The position numbers and the translations under genes are program-made. Under the pieces are notes generated by a model. The model saw only the letters and a program-made list of their open reading frames with translations, made no database searches and had not been told where the DNA came from. Below, piece after piece: positions 42,858-55,948 of a DNA stretch of 64,000 nucleotides. Within the stretch, counting starts at the first letter, position 1, and each line of letters opens with the position of its first letter. Source of the DNA: Chrysomallon squamiferum (taxonomy: Eukaryota > Animalia > Mollusca); assembly GCA_012295275.1 (NCBI GenBank), contig CM022672.1, positions 5,518,001-5,582,000 on the forward strand, in the 5' to 3' direction.

Positions 42858-44291
42858 TTTGAATATTACTGTGTCTCTATATGGCCTGTGTTTCTTGCAC
42901 AGAATCAATTTTAAAAATACAACCAATGAATAAAGTTAAAATAATTAAGTTCTTAATAAAATCTATAAGGTACAAAGCACTTTATTTTTATTTTTTGTAG
43001 TCTCGTTAACTCAGAATCGAATAAACACTCCAAGGGTCGAGGTTTATCGTTTGTTTGTAAATTCCTACAATCAGGCGCTTCGTTTATAAAACGGGATAGT
43101 TATTTGCTTAATAAGTTGCACTTTTCACAGAACTGATTTTTCACCATTTGCTGTTAGAATATTCATAAGAGATGATGATCCCGAACTTTTACGTCCAAAA
43201 CTCAGATTTAGTTGGTATCGTTGTTTCCTCAAATAACAATACGTGCACTAACAATCACGAAGAAATACTGCAACGAACGATTTAGAAACTTTTATTTTTT
43301 GCTTATTTATTTTTAACACAAGCAAATACCGTAAACAACAAAGCGAGTACACAGGCTGTCACGTCTCGTGCAACAACCATATTATAATACTAAAGAAAAA
43401 ACGATATACCACTGCAAAATCCAGTCTGATGGCCGCGAGATAAGAACTGTTCAGAATGAAAGCGCTAAAAAAGTGATACCTCACTGAATATATATATGTA
43501 TATATGTATGTATGTATGTATGTACACACACATACATACACACACACATACAGAGTATTCTTTTATCTTTTTTTTTTTTTTTTTTTTAACAAGTTAATTA
43601 TCGCCTTTTGCAGAATGTAGTCCTCTTTTCGTATATATGTTTTTTGTAACAACATATGAAGTCAATAATTACTAATGATCAAATTCTAACGATTAATTTT
43701 CTTTCTCGCAGGCCTTTACGTATAGGATAAACTACAAAAGGCTTTATAAATTTTAACTTTTAATGTATTTTCTGAAAAACAATAGCGTGATATATTAAAT
43801 TATAATTATTTACTGAAGGAATAAAATGTGTCCATCATATTTACATTGATATCAGAAATAAAACTGACTAAAAATAGTAAGTTCAGTTTTGTTTGTGACA
43901 GGAATATCCGTGAATAAAAGGCCGTAATAATACATATAACTGTATAACTGTATAATTTATACTTGTAGCTACATTAGCAAGTGCTATAGTGGCCGGGAAG
44001 CTTGAGCTGTTTTAGGGGCTTTTCGCATCCAGCAACGAGGTCTGGGTAACCTCTGTTTTCTTCTTCAAAGGGCTAGTTCTGTGACAGATTACCATCAGTG
44101 TTGTAAAAATGTAACTACGACATTTCAAATTTCGTTTAAAATACTGAAGCAATATGGTTTAAAGTCGGTTCTGGGGGCTCTCCAAGATTAGGAGCCCTGA
44201 AACTTAAGGATCTTTAGTTTCATAAAAGATCGGACCCTGTACTTATGCATATTGTCTCTATAGTTGTGTATGGATGCATATACGAATGTAT

Positions 44292-44329
<38 letters not shown>

Positions 44330-45087
44330 ATAGTCTGGCTTATTTATTTATATATATATATATTTTTTTTTTCTACGGTGTATGTGTGTGTGTTGGTCTC
44401 AGATCACTTATGTATTTATTTTTATATTGAGCTGTTTATATTTTTGATAACATAATATCCGAAATCCAGCACTCTGCCTTGTATTTCATACATTATGTAT
44501 GAAACGTTCCAAATGGCTTATCTTCTTCCTTTTTTTTTTTTTTTTTTGTTAAATCCACAATAATCTACCCAAAAATGTAATTAGATTAGGTTTTCTCCTG
44601 AATCACTTATAATTATAACCAGTTATTTGTTCGATATTATTTCAACGCTTGTAGGTCAAAACAGGGTGTCGCTGAATCGCTAATGATATTATATTGCAGA
44701 GTTATTATTTATTTATTTATTTCCTCCCCCTCCCTACCATTCAATACATTCATATCACAAACGAAATATTGCGAAGTATTCTGAGCTACTTCGAGCAAAT
44801 GTTTATTGTTATATTAATGGAAAGTAAATTCTGGCGTCGGGTGAATGTTAAAGGGAGATAATTAACGCTATTGTTTTATTTTCATCATCAACGCGAAAGT
44901 TTGATAAACGTTGATCTTCATATTTATTTTTATTATCATTCTCATTATTATTATATTTATTATTATTATTATTATTATTACTGTATTATTTTATTTTAAA
45001 TTAATATAATTCGTTCCTTTCTTCGCCTTTTTTTTTCTTCACTTTTTTATTATTTTAATTTTTAAATTTTGAAATAGAACTGGAATT

Positions 45088-45532
45088 ATGTCTGTTGACA
45101 GACTGATGATAGCGTTCAGAAATGCATTCGATGCTTTGCAGCAGAATGCGGACGTTTTACAAAATATAATAAAGAAATCAGAAAGTCTGGAAGAACATTT
45201 TATAGAAAGCGGTAAACATCTGAATTCTGTTGAAAGAAGTGATCGTGTAAGCAAGTGATTCTTTCTTCTTGTATGCTTGCAGTTTGTGATGAATACTATT
45301 CGTACTATTACAGATTCATTTCTTTTCATGAATTTAATAAATAAATAGAATCACTTGTGTCCACTAGTATTAAAAAAGAAGTGTTTTATTTTAGGTTGTT
45401 GTTGAAGTGAAATGTACATATCTAAAAATAGGATATGTTGACACAGCAGCCCAAGAATTTGAAGCTGAAATTTTAATCCAGTCTAAATGGCAAGAACCTC
45501 TACTGAATCATTTTACAGAAAGCGTTAGTAAG

Positions 45533-45579
<47 letters not shown>

Positions 45580-47920
45580 CCCCAAATTATTCTATTTATT
45601 TGACAAGATAAATGTTTGGTATAAAAATTACCTAAAAGATTTTCCATCCTCAATGTTTTTTGTTTTTTTTAGGACATAAATTTCTTTGACCCTAGTCAGT
45701 ATTGGGATCCAAGGCTTGTTGTTTTGAACTTAGTGAGTGATTTGTTACTGAATAGAAAGTCTTACACTATTCGACTTCATGAACCTGGCTATGACCATCC
45801 ACTCGTGGTTCAGTACTGGAAATTTAAAGGCACTTTCCAAGAACCTCTTGAACTCGAGCAGTTTCCTTTTGATGTGCAGGTAATGGTGTGTGTGTGTGTG
45901 TGTGTGTTTTTTCATTTAATATCTGATGTTTCTTTCATAATTTAAGAAAAAAATGTTTTTAATATATGTGTATATATATATATATTTCATCATTTTTTAA
46001 ATATATATATTATCCTTTTAATATATTAAGCAATAGAGCTTATTTTCATTTTTTATGTACAGCATAATTATTTATTTATTCAATGTTTATTTTGTTGATT
46101 GTCCCTAGATTATTTATATACCAACATTTTGTATGTCTAATCGAAATAGTGTTAAGAAAAGTTTATCTGTTTATTTACTATGAACTATTGAAGGACTTGA
46201 CCATCCAACTGTCATCTGACAGGCAAAGTGAACAGATTCAGATAATTGAAGATGAGGATGAGCTGAGTTCTGTGAATGTGAAAATGTTTCAGGATTCGCA
46301 GGAATGGAAAATCTATGAACACGTAGAGTGTGTGACTGATATTTTTACTAGAGAGTTTGCTCGATACATTGATCATCCCGTCCTGAATTTCCAGTGTCGT
46401 GTTTTACGGAAGACTGGATGTTATTTGTGGAATGTTGTTTTTATTGTGGTAAGATGAATTGAGTGAATTGAATGAATAAAAGAGTCGAATTAACTGAAGT
46501 GAATAAATAAATAAACAAAAAGAACTGAATTAATATATGTAAATTAATTGAGTTAAATGAATCAAATGTATTGAATTTAATGAATAATTGAAATAAATTG
46601 AATTAAATGAATCAAATGTATCGAATTTAATGAATAATTGAAATAAATTGAATTAAATGACTGAATAAAATGAATTAATTGAATTGAAATTATAAAACAA
46701 ATGAATTAAATGCAGTGAATGAATAAAAAATTTAATTGAATGTAAAAGAAAATGAATGACTGAATAAATCTAACGACATTGTATTGATTTAACAGAACTG
46801 ATTATATTAACTTAAATGAAGACTTAATTGAATTGAATAAACAAATTAAACTGATCATATAATTCAAATAAGTGAATATTTGTTTAATGCCAACTAAATT
46901 TGGTATCTGTAGCTGTTAGGTCATAAATACGTAGTTTCTATACATACCTAAATAATTTATAAAAAGTGAATTAATACTTGTTGCATTACATTATCATATG
47001 ATTACTTTATATCATATAAATGAGTTTTGTGTATGACAGAAGATATCAGTTTCTGCCTCTCTGCAGGTTTCTTTTTTAATTAGCATCAAGAGATGTTTTA
47101 TATCCAAAATCTCTCACATGAGAAAACACACATTATGCTCTTTGTTAAATTAGTTAAGAATGAAGTGGGAAACAGTGTGATAGGTCATTGAAAAGGAGTG
47201 ATCTAAAGATCTGCAGCTTCTCATTTATCATTGAGCCTTGGTAGTTTTCATAGTTTTTCTTTTAATAATTTATTTCAGTGTTTTTATTTTGAGTAATTGC
47301 ATAATTCTTGGTGATTATACAAAAAATAAATATATTTCGTAAACATTTGTCACATTTCAGTTCAAATAAATTCAGTTTTTTTAATTTTATGGATGGATGG
47401 ATGGATTAATGGACAGAATGTGTATATAAGTCTGTTTGTATGTTTATATGTCTGCCTATATATGTATTCGTCTATTTATCGACATGTGTGTGTGTGTATC
47501 TGTGTGTGTGTCTGAATGCCTGCATATATGTATGTCTTTTATAAGAATGCATTTGTCTGTCTATCTGTCTATCTGTTTTTCAGCTCATGATAAAACTGCT
47601 GACATTTGCTACAATGGGAATCAACCCAGACATTCCAGACCGAGTGATGTTGATTGCTGCTGTGTTCCTCACAGCTGTCACCTTCAAACTTGTTGCCAGT
47701 GAAAGTCTTCCTGTCCTGTCTTACCTCACTTACTTGGTAATATTCTCTTTGTAAATGAAACAAAACAACCCAATGTATATATATGTGTGTGTATATATAT
47801 ATGTATGTAAGATTGTATGTATATGTTTATGTATATATATATTTACATGTGTGTGTGTGTGTGTGTCTATATCTATATCTATTTACATTAAAGATACTAT
47901 TACTTTATAAGACTTTACTT

Positions 47921-47963
<43 letters not shown>

Positions 47964-50437
47964 TATGTATGATTTTATTAATAATAGTAAATTACAATTT
48001 CAGTCACATTTCATAATAGTATCTTGTTTTAATTGAATAACTCAACATCAGAAAATCAGATATAAAATTTTACTTAACTGGCTGCCACATTTTTATTGTT
48101 AAATAAATAAATTTAAGCAATTTGCTACAGTAGAAATAAATTGAAAAGTATAAAAACATTTTGTTATTACTGTTGTTATTGTTATTATTCTTACAGATAT
48201 TATTCAGTTAGTGTTGTAACTGTTACTTTTAATATTGTTTTGTAGTTGTTGTTTTTTTATTATTAATCATCATCATTATTATAAATATTCTATCATTTAT
48301 TGCTATTATTATAATTACAATTATTTCTATTACTATTGTTGTTGTTGTAACTGTTATTGTTATTGTTATAATTATAATTATTATTATTATTATTAAATTT
48401 TTTATTTAACTCAGGATGTGTATATTCTCTTGTCACTTACATTTCTGTGGCTGCAGGATGTGGAATGTGCAATTGTTTCAGAAATGACAAAGAAATTTGA
48501 CATGAACACAGTTATAATGTATGATTGTTACTTCATGGGTGTAATGTTCATTTTTCTCATCCTATTCCATATTGGCTTTGCCTTCTATATCTCCAAAACT
48601 GTAAGTTATTTTCTTATATTTAAAGGGAGGTTTTTTTTGTTAGTAATACTAATTGTTGTTGCTTTTGCTTTTGTAAAGTTCATTTTTGGCAGTATTAAGA
48701 AGTGGCCTAAAATATTTTGTATAAGTTCAAGTTTAGTTTTTCTTTCTTTTATCTTTTTTTTTTTCTGCTAATAAACATTTACTACTTAAAAAAAAAAAAA
48801 AAATTAAAATGTAAAACTACTTCTTAAAGTAATGACAATAAATTAATGCTTTTATAACAATACATAAAAACTGAAATTATTTATTTTTTTGTCATAATGT
48901 TATTTCTCATTTTCATCAAAAGTAATATTCTTTTCAAAGTTTTTTTCTTTTTCTAACTAATGTAACACATGATAGAACTTACACTAATTTGTTGAAAATA
49001 AACGTGTAGAAGAATACATTGTGGATATTTAACTAAATCATCATGTTGTCTGGATTTTAGGCATTAAGGAGAAAAAGAACAATGGATAAAAAAGATATTC
49101 TGTACAAAGTGAGTTTTTATTAGTTTAAAAACTGATTTAAAAATTCTACATTTTAAAACCAAAATTTTGATTGATATTTTGCTTTTACATAATTATTATA
49201 TCTCTATGTTCTAATTTTTCTTTTTGTCTCTGTCTTCTCCCTTTGTCTGTTTGAATCTGCATATTTTTGAACACTCACACATACATTTCACCAATTGTTA
49301 CATGCTCTACTACTTATATAAAGTTAAATAAAAGTTGTTCATTTTAATTAGTAAAATTAGTGTATGGAATAGCAAGTTGTCGTTTCCTCTGAATTACACA
49401 AAGCATACATGTCTCAAAACCACTAACTGCAAATATTAAAATTAATGAGTTGATATATTCTTAATAATTAATATAAACATTTATAACTCTGCATTCAGAC
49501 AATGAGATCAAGAAAGGCATTACAGAAAAAATATGTAAGTGTTTTACTCTGTTTTGGGGGTGTTTTTTTTTTTTTATTTATTATTATTATTATTTTATTT
49601 TATTTTTATATATATATATATATTTATTTTGGTTCTTTTAGCTGTTAAAATAGTTTGTATGTAAAACAAATAACAAGAATGAGGTAATACTATCAACCAA
49701 AATATATATGAAAAAACTGGAATTATAAATTAGTTTAGCATTTTATTTTTAATGACTAAGTAACTCATTTAAGTAACAGTTTAAGGTGCTAGGTTCATAT
49801 CCTGGTTTATCTTTCTAAACAGAGCTAATTACGAAGACCAGCACACACTTTTCTCTAACACACTAATTCCAGCACTGCAAGTCTAAAATGAAAACAACTG
49901 AAATATCAGTATTAGTAATTGATATATTTAAACTGACTGATATATTTAGGCAGTAACTTATAGCATAAGTAATAATACATTAAGGCTGTAATGTATATGT
50001 TACTGATATATTTAGGCTATAACTTAGGCTATATATATGTGAGATCGTTAAGCTGACTGATTTATTTAGGCTATTACTTATAGCATAAGTAATTATACAT
50101 TTAGGCTAATATTTAGGCAATAATATATAGTACAAAAAACTGATACATTTAGGCTATAACTTACAGTATACATAACTGATATATTGAGGTTATATCATAT
50201 TGCATAAGTTCTTGATAAATTTAGGTTCAACTAAGAATATAATTAATTGATTTATTTATGCTATATCTTATGATATAAATAATAAATATTAGGCTAAAAA
50301 AACGACTGATAATAACTTTCTATTATTAAAATGTTCTGAGATATTGTTTATTAAATATTAATTTTTTCTTTCTTTATTTTCAGAAACATGTAGGAGATCT
50401 GGATCAGCAACATTTTGAAAACGACGCTGAAATTTAG
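45088..50437 (+). CDS. Cys-less (Pro-loop) pentameric ligand-gated ion channel subunit, paralog A, ~408 aa. Exons 45088-45246, 45395-45523, 45673-45879, 46194-46448, 47584-47736, 48415-48600, 49061-49108, 49499-49534, 50384-50437
   Basis: VEVKCTYLKIGYVDTAAQEFEAEILIQSKW, WDPRLVVLN, LELEQFPFDVQDLTIQL (FPFD loop without the Cys pair), QEWKI, pre-M1 RKTGCYLWN, M2 PDRVMLIAAVFLTAVTF, LPVLSYLTYLD, four TM segments. Confidence 0.9.
46455..46870. repeat. Degenerate TGAAT/AATTGAA low-complexity satellite in an intron
   Basis: Recurrent AATTGAATTAAATGAAT motifs, including a direct duplication within 46545-46660. Confidence 0.7.
49905..50300. repeat. Degenerate tandem repeat in an intron
   Basis: Recurrent ACTGATATATTTAGGCTATAACTTATAGCATAAGT-like units. 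Confidence 0.7.
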
Positions 50438-51641
50438 AGTTCACAACAACAACAACAACAACAATAAATAACAAATGAACAATAATTTAAGCAATAAACT
50501 AAATAAAATGTTAACAGAAATTTAATCTTATATTTTTTTTTGACTTATTTTAACAAGAACAAAAACAACAACAATAATATGAATGTTGTTGATTATAATA
50601 AAATAATCATTATTACTGACAGAACAATCAGTTAATTTCTATTATTAATATCTTTGTTTATTTTTCAAATATTTTATTTGAGTTGAATACAAGTTTAAGA
50701 GATTTTTGCACATTAGCAGTTGATTGGAGGTGTGCACCTGCTAGAGATAAAAAAAAAAACAGCATTGCTCTGTACAATCCTCTTAACAAAGTTCATCTAG
50801 ATAATTAACTAACAGTTCAGAATATAAAGCGCTAATCATCATTGTTTACACAGGTTCTTCCTAATAAATATGATATTTTTAAAGTTATATGATTCTGCTA
50901 CTTTTTTTGTACTTTTTTTTCATTGTTTTAAGAAATATTTTTCTACCCACAATAAGTTTTTAAAAGACTAAAAATGTGATTACAAGAAAATAGACGTGTA
51001 TAAACTAAATTTTGTTTGTTATAAAATAAATAAAATTAAAAAAAAAAAAAAGATAATGTATACGTTTTTTGTTTTAAATTTATGCATGAATATATGATAG
51101 AATAACTTTCTATGTTACTGTAGTTTTGACAGCTTAATATATATATAGTAAATAAAAAAAAAAAAAAAAATGATAAAAAAATTAAATTAAGCTAAATTGT
51201 TTTTAAAATTAGAAAATATGCATTTTTTAAATAAAACGTTAAGACGTCAAGGGGAATAATTCAATGAATCTTAAAACGATAAAGATCAGAAAAGACGTCG
51301 ATGACGGTAAGTTGGGTTGTTTCCCCTTAGGTTCTTCAGTTCTGAGTGAACATGGACGCTTTCTCTTTGTAACAAATACTTCTTTTAAACTATTCTAAAT
51401 TAATGACTGTCAGACGTTATTATTATTATTATTAAAAATAAAAATAATAATAGCATGCATGAGAATAACCGTCTTGATACGATTAACCACGAAACGTTCA
51501 TTAAAGTTTTGTTTTTGTAACGTGTTATTTAGTAAATGTGTGTGTATACACAGATGGGATGGAAGGTTGCATTATTACAAAAAATGAATTGTCGTGTTTG
51601 TGAAAAACGAAATTTTTACTACCAGTCATAAAAATATCGAT

Positions 51642-51852
51642 ATGATGAATTCAGGCATTGATGCGTTAGCTGATCAGTTTGCAAGTACTTCAAGGTTTCT
51701 CGAAGGCAACACCATAGCTTTGAATGAACTGTTGCAAGCGTTGGAGGCATTACGAAGACATTTATTGGAAACTGAATCACAAAAACAACCCGAAATTATC
51801 AGAAGGGATCAGGTACATTTTACAAAATTCGTTATTTAATGGTTGTGCACGC

Positions 51853-51883
<31 letters not shown>

Positions 51884-52055
51884 TTATAAAATATGCTCAT
51901 AAAAAGATAATATATTTACAGTACTGGGAAATGAAGTATTTGGAATATATTTTTAATTTAGTAAATAGGAAAGGAGGTAGCAGGGTGATTAGATAAGAAA
52001 ATTGATGCATATGTGTTTAACTTTCAATATAATAATAATAATAATAATGATGATA

Positions 52056-52087
<32 letters not shown>

Positions 52088-53193
52088 AATCATAATCATA
52101 ATCATAATAAATTATTATTATTATTAATGTTGAAATAATAGATTGAAATTTAAACAAATTAAATAAAAGCTCCTCTGGATATATATTTTTTTAATGTTAG
52201 AAATAATGAATTATTAACTAGGTGATAGTGGAAGTGAAGTGTACTTTTATGAAGATCTGGGATATTGACACTCTGACTCAGAAATATGAGGCAGAAGTTT
52301 TCATTCAGGCAAAATGGCAAGAACCTCAAATAACTCAGGTATGTGTTTATCAAAAGTAATGATAAATACACAACAACAGTAATATTAATACATATACAGT
52401 ACAATTTAAAATGTAATTTCAATAACTAATTACATATGCATGTGTTCATTTCATGTATGTGTGCATATTGTGTGTGTGTGTATGTATGTATGTATTATGG
52501 ATGGGTATGTAAACACTAATCATATTTGTTATTATGAAAACAAATAAATATACTGAGAAAAGGCCAACATCATTCATTTGTAAATAAAAATCCAACAATA
52601 CTTTCCTTCTTGTTGAAAATGTTTATTCTGCTGACAGATTTATACTGATTATGATCCAAAATATTTCTGGAATCCAAAACTGATCATCATGAACGTGGCT
52701 GGTGATCTGGCAGTGAACAGGAAGTCCTACAGCATCACCTACGAGTCTGGATACAACTACCCTGTTGTCATTCAGTACTGGATGATTAAAGGAAGGTTTG
52801 CAGAGAATCTCGAACTTCAACACTTTCCTTTTGATGTTCAGGTAGGCAAGATTCAGAATTTGTAGATTTATGGTTACAGGATTGTGAAGTAGTATTTATT
52901 ATATTTAAATTCTGATGAGTTTTATCCTTATCAACCTGAATTTGTAGATTTATAATTATGGGATTGTGAAGGAGTATTTATCCTATTTAAATCCTGACAA
53001 CTTTTATTCATACCATCCTGAGTGCTTGTAATTTTCACATAGCTACATGATTGTATCAAAAAGGAATTAATACTACTACTACTAATAATAATAATATTAA
53101 TAATTTCCGTACTTTTATGATATAATGACAGGTACCATTTCAGTCATTGTCCACCAGATTCAAATAATTTTCATTTTTGTATCTTTCATGTAT

Positions 53194-53224
<31 letters not shown>

Positions 53225-55734
53225 TTTTGAAATAGCTTCAGTTAATATTTTTTGTGCAGGACATAACTATCCAGGTATCGTCTGAGCGATCAATTAACGA
53301 GGTGAAGATTATTGAAGACAAACGCATGATGAGCACAGTGAACATGAAATGTCTGGATGCACAGGAGTGGTCAATCTTCAAACACGTCGAGTGTTTTGAA
53401 GACACCAGCACCACGGACTACACCACCATGTTCGAGCACCCTGTTCTTTACATTCAGTGTCGAGCGAGTAGAAAAGTTGGATACTTCATGTGGAACATAA
53501 TGGGCATTGTTGTTAGTGCCTATTTTTCTCTTTGTCTTACTCTTCTTTCAAACTGTTAACATTAAGATATATCTGTTGAGATAGGAAGAAATAATCTAAA
53601 TACATTTTACATAATTATGGTTGGTTTTTTTATTTTTTTTATTTGTTTATTATAATTTGTTTATTTATTTGTTTATTCCGTTTTAATTAATAATGATTAA
53701 AATTGAAAAATAAAAGGTTTACAGCCATTATTTGTGCAATAGTGATGTTATTATTCTGAAGTTTATTCAAGTATTGACAGAAGAATACAGTTATCAATTT
53801 GCCACATTTGCAGTGACATCATAACTGCAGTTGTAAAATGTTTGGTTTATATCTTTTACACAATGAAAATTTCAAAAAACCTCATTTCCAAACAATTACA
53901 TCCTGGAATGTAATGTACAAATATAACAAAATTATATCTTAAAAAAAATAATAATAAATTTGGATCATAATAATAATAATAACAATGATATTGATGATCA
54001 TAATAATAAATAATAATAATAATAAGTAAACAGTTGTTTCTGTGTCAGCTGATGATTATGCTGTTGACATTTGCGACTCTTGCTATTGATCCAAACATTC
54101 CTGACAGAATGGTGATAACCATCACCTTGTTTCTGACTCTCGTTGCATTCAAACTGGTTGTCAAGTCGAACCTTCCAACAATTTCTTATCTTACTTATCT
54201 GGTAAGTATATTACTGCGTTTAAAACAAAATCACTGAACATTAATATTTATTTAACAACATCCAATTTTGAAATAATCATAAAAAACGAACTAAACCCTC
54301 TATTGGTCTGTTTGGTTCTCTTAGTGTTGTTGATTAGCAAATGTGCCTGCCTGTCTGAGGGAAGGTGCATATGAAATATTACTTTCTGCTAAATGAAAAG
54401 AGAATAACCAGTAATCACAGATTTCTTTTCTTTTCTCTTTATGATTGTTTGCTGCTTGTATGATGATTTGTTTATAAATGTAAATTGAATGTTGAATGTG
54501 TCATTAAAAAATATATATTTCCTTCATTGTTGTTCTGATGATGATGTTATTTTTACTGTGTCTTATATCAATATATGTATTATTATTATTATTATTACTA
54601 ATAATTATTACTATTATTATCACATCATCATCATCATCATCATCATCATTTTTATTATCCTTATTCTGCATATTCACTGTAGTAAATTAAATGAAAATCT
54701 TTTATTAGATTTCGTATCTTTCATCTGATTACTGCAGGACATATACATTCTGGCTTCCCTGGTTTTTCTTGGAATTCAGACAGCAGAGAGTGCCATCATG
54801 GATGCCTTGACCCGAATATGGACAATGGATGAAGTGATCGCTTATGACCAGTACATTATGATGGCCATTGCAATCAACCTGTTAATGTTTCACATCATTT
54901 TCTCCATCTACATCTACCTTACAGTAATTACACCACAAACCATTTCAGTATTAACAGTTACTGAAAGTATGAATCACTGGATTTGTAATGATATCTGAGA
55001 AAGCTAATTTGGTGTTTTGATAATACAGAAGTGTGTTAAACTGGTGTTTGATATCCAGAGATGTATTAATCTAGTGTTTGATATATAGCGGTGTAAAAGA
55101 ATATAAATAGATTGTTTTCTAATACAAACACTAGCATGTATAGTTTAACAAAAAACAGATAAAACAATAGTTTGAAAGTATCTACATATTTGTCCAGGGA
55201 CAAATCTATTTTAAAATCATATTTTGGTTTCAGGCTTTCAACAGGAGAAGATTAATGAGAGAAAAGGATGTTATATACTTTGTAAGTTATACTAAATATT
55301 GGTAGATATCAGTTTAAAACAATTTTTTAACAGTATAGTTCTTAAAGAGGAATTTTGTTTGTGTTTAGAAATATATTTATGTTTTTAAACAGTCTTTATA
55401 CACAACATTATACACACGTTGAATTTTACTGTAATATTTAAGAAACAAAATGAACAAACAAAACAAATGTAGCAGTTTTTTCTTTTATCATTACTATTAA
55501 TATTTTTCTAAGAAATGTTATAATGTATCAAATTAAAAAATGAAACTGGATTCAGTCATCTTCCTTTGTTTTGATTATTTTCATAACATGAAAATTGTGC
55601 TTGTATTTCAAAAACAAAACAAAACCCAAAAAGACAAAGATGATAGTGTACTGTAGCCTAAATAATGATAACATTTTTTTGGTTTAAGAAAGCTAATCAA
55701 AAACTATATTAAATGAAATGTCAAATTACATTTT

Positions 55735-55772
<38 letters not shown>

Positions 55773-55948
55773 TTTAATTAAAAATGTGTGAGTATATTTA
55801 AACACACACACACACACATAGAATTTAATACATCTTTTTGGTGTTTTTGCAGAAGAAACGTGCTTATCTTCATCAGCATGGAAGGATGATGTCTTCAAAC
55901 ACATTTATAGTACCTAATGAAAAAACAGCTTTAATAGACGATTTTTGA
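51642..55948 (+). CDS. Cys-less (Pro-loop) pentameric ligand-gated ion channel subunit, paralog B, ~408 aa. Exons 51642-51812, 52222-52338, 52638-52841, 53260-53511, 54049-54201, 54738-54923, 55234-55281, 55853-55948
   Basis: VEVKCTFMKIWDIDTLTQKYEAEVFIQAKWQEP, WNPKLIIMN, LELQHFPFDVQDITIQV, QEWSI, RKVGYFMWN, PDRMVITITLFLTLVAF, LPTISYLTYLD. Intron positions match paralog A. Confidence 0.9.

Noticed and set aside
43980-44240. GC-richer patches resembling MITE ends
   Set aside because: No convincing TIR pair or TSD found.
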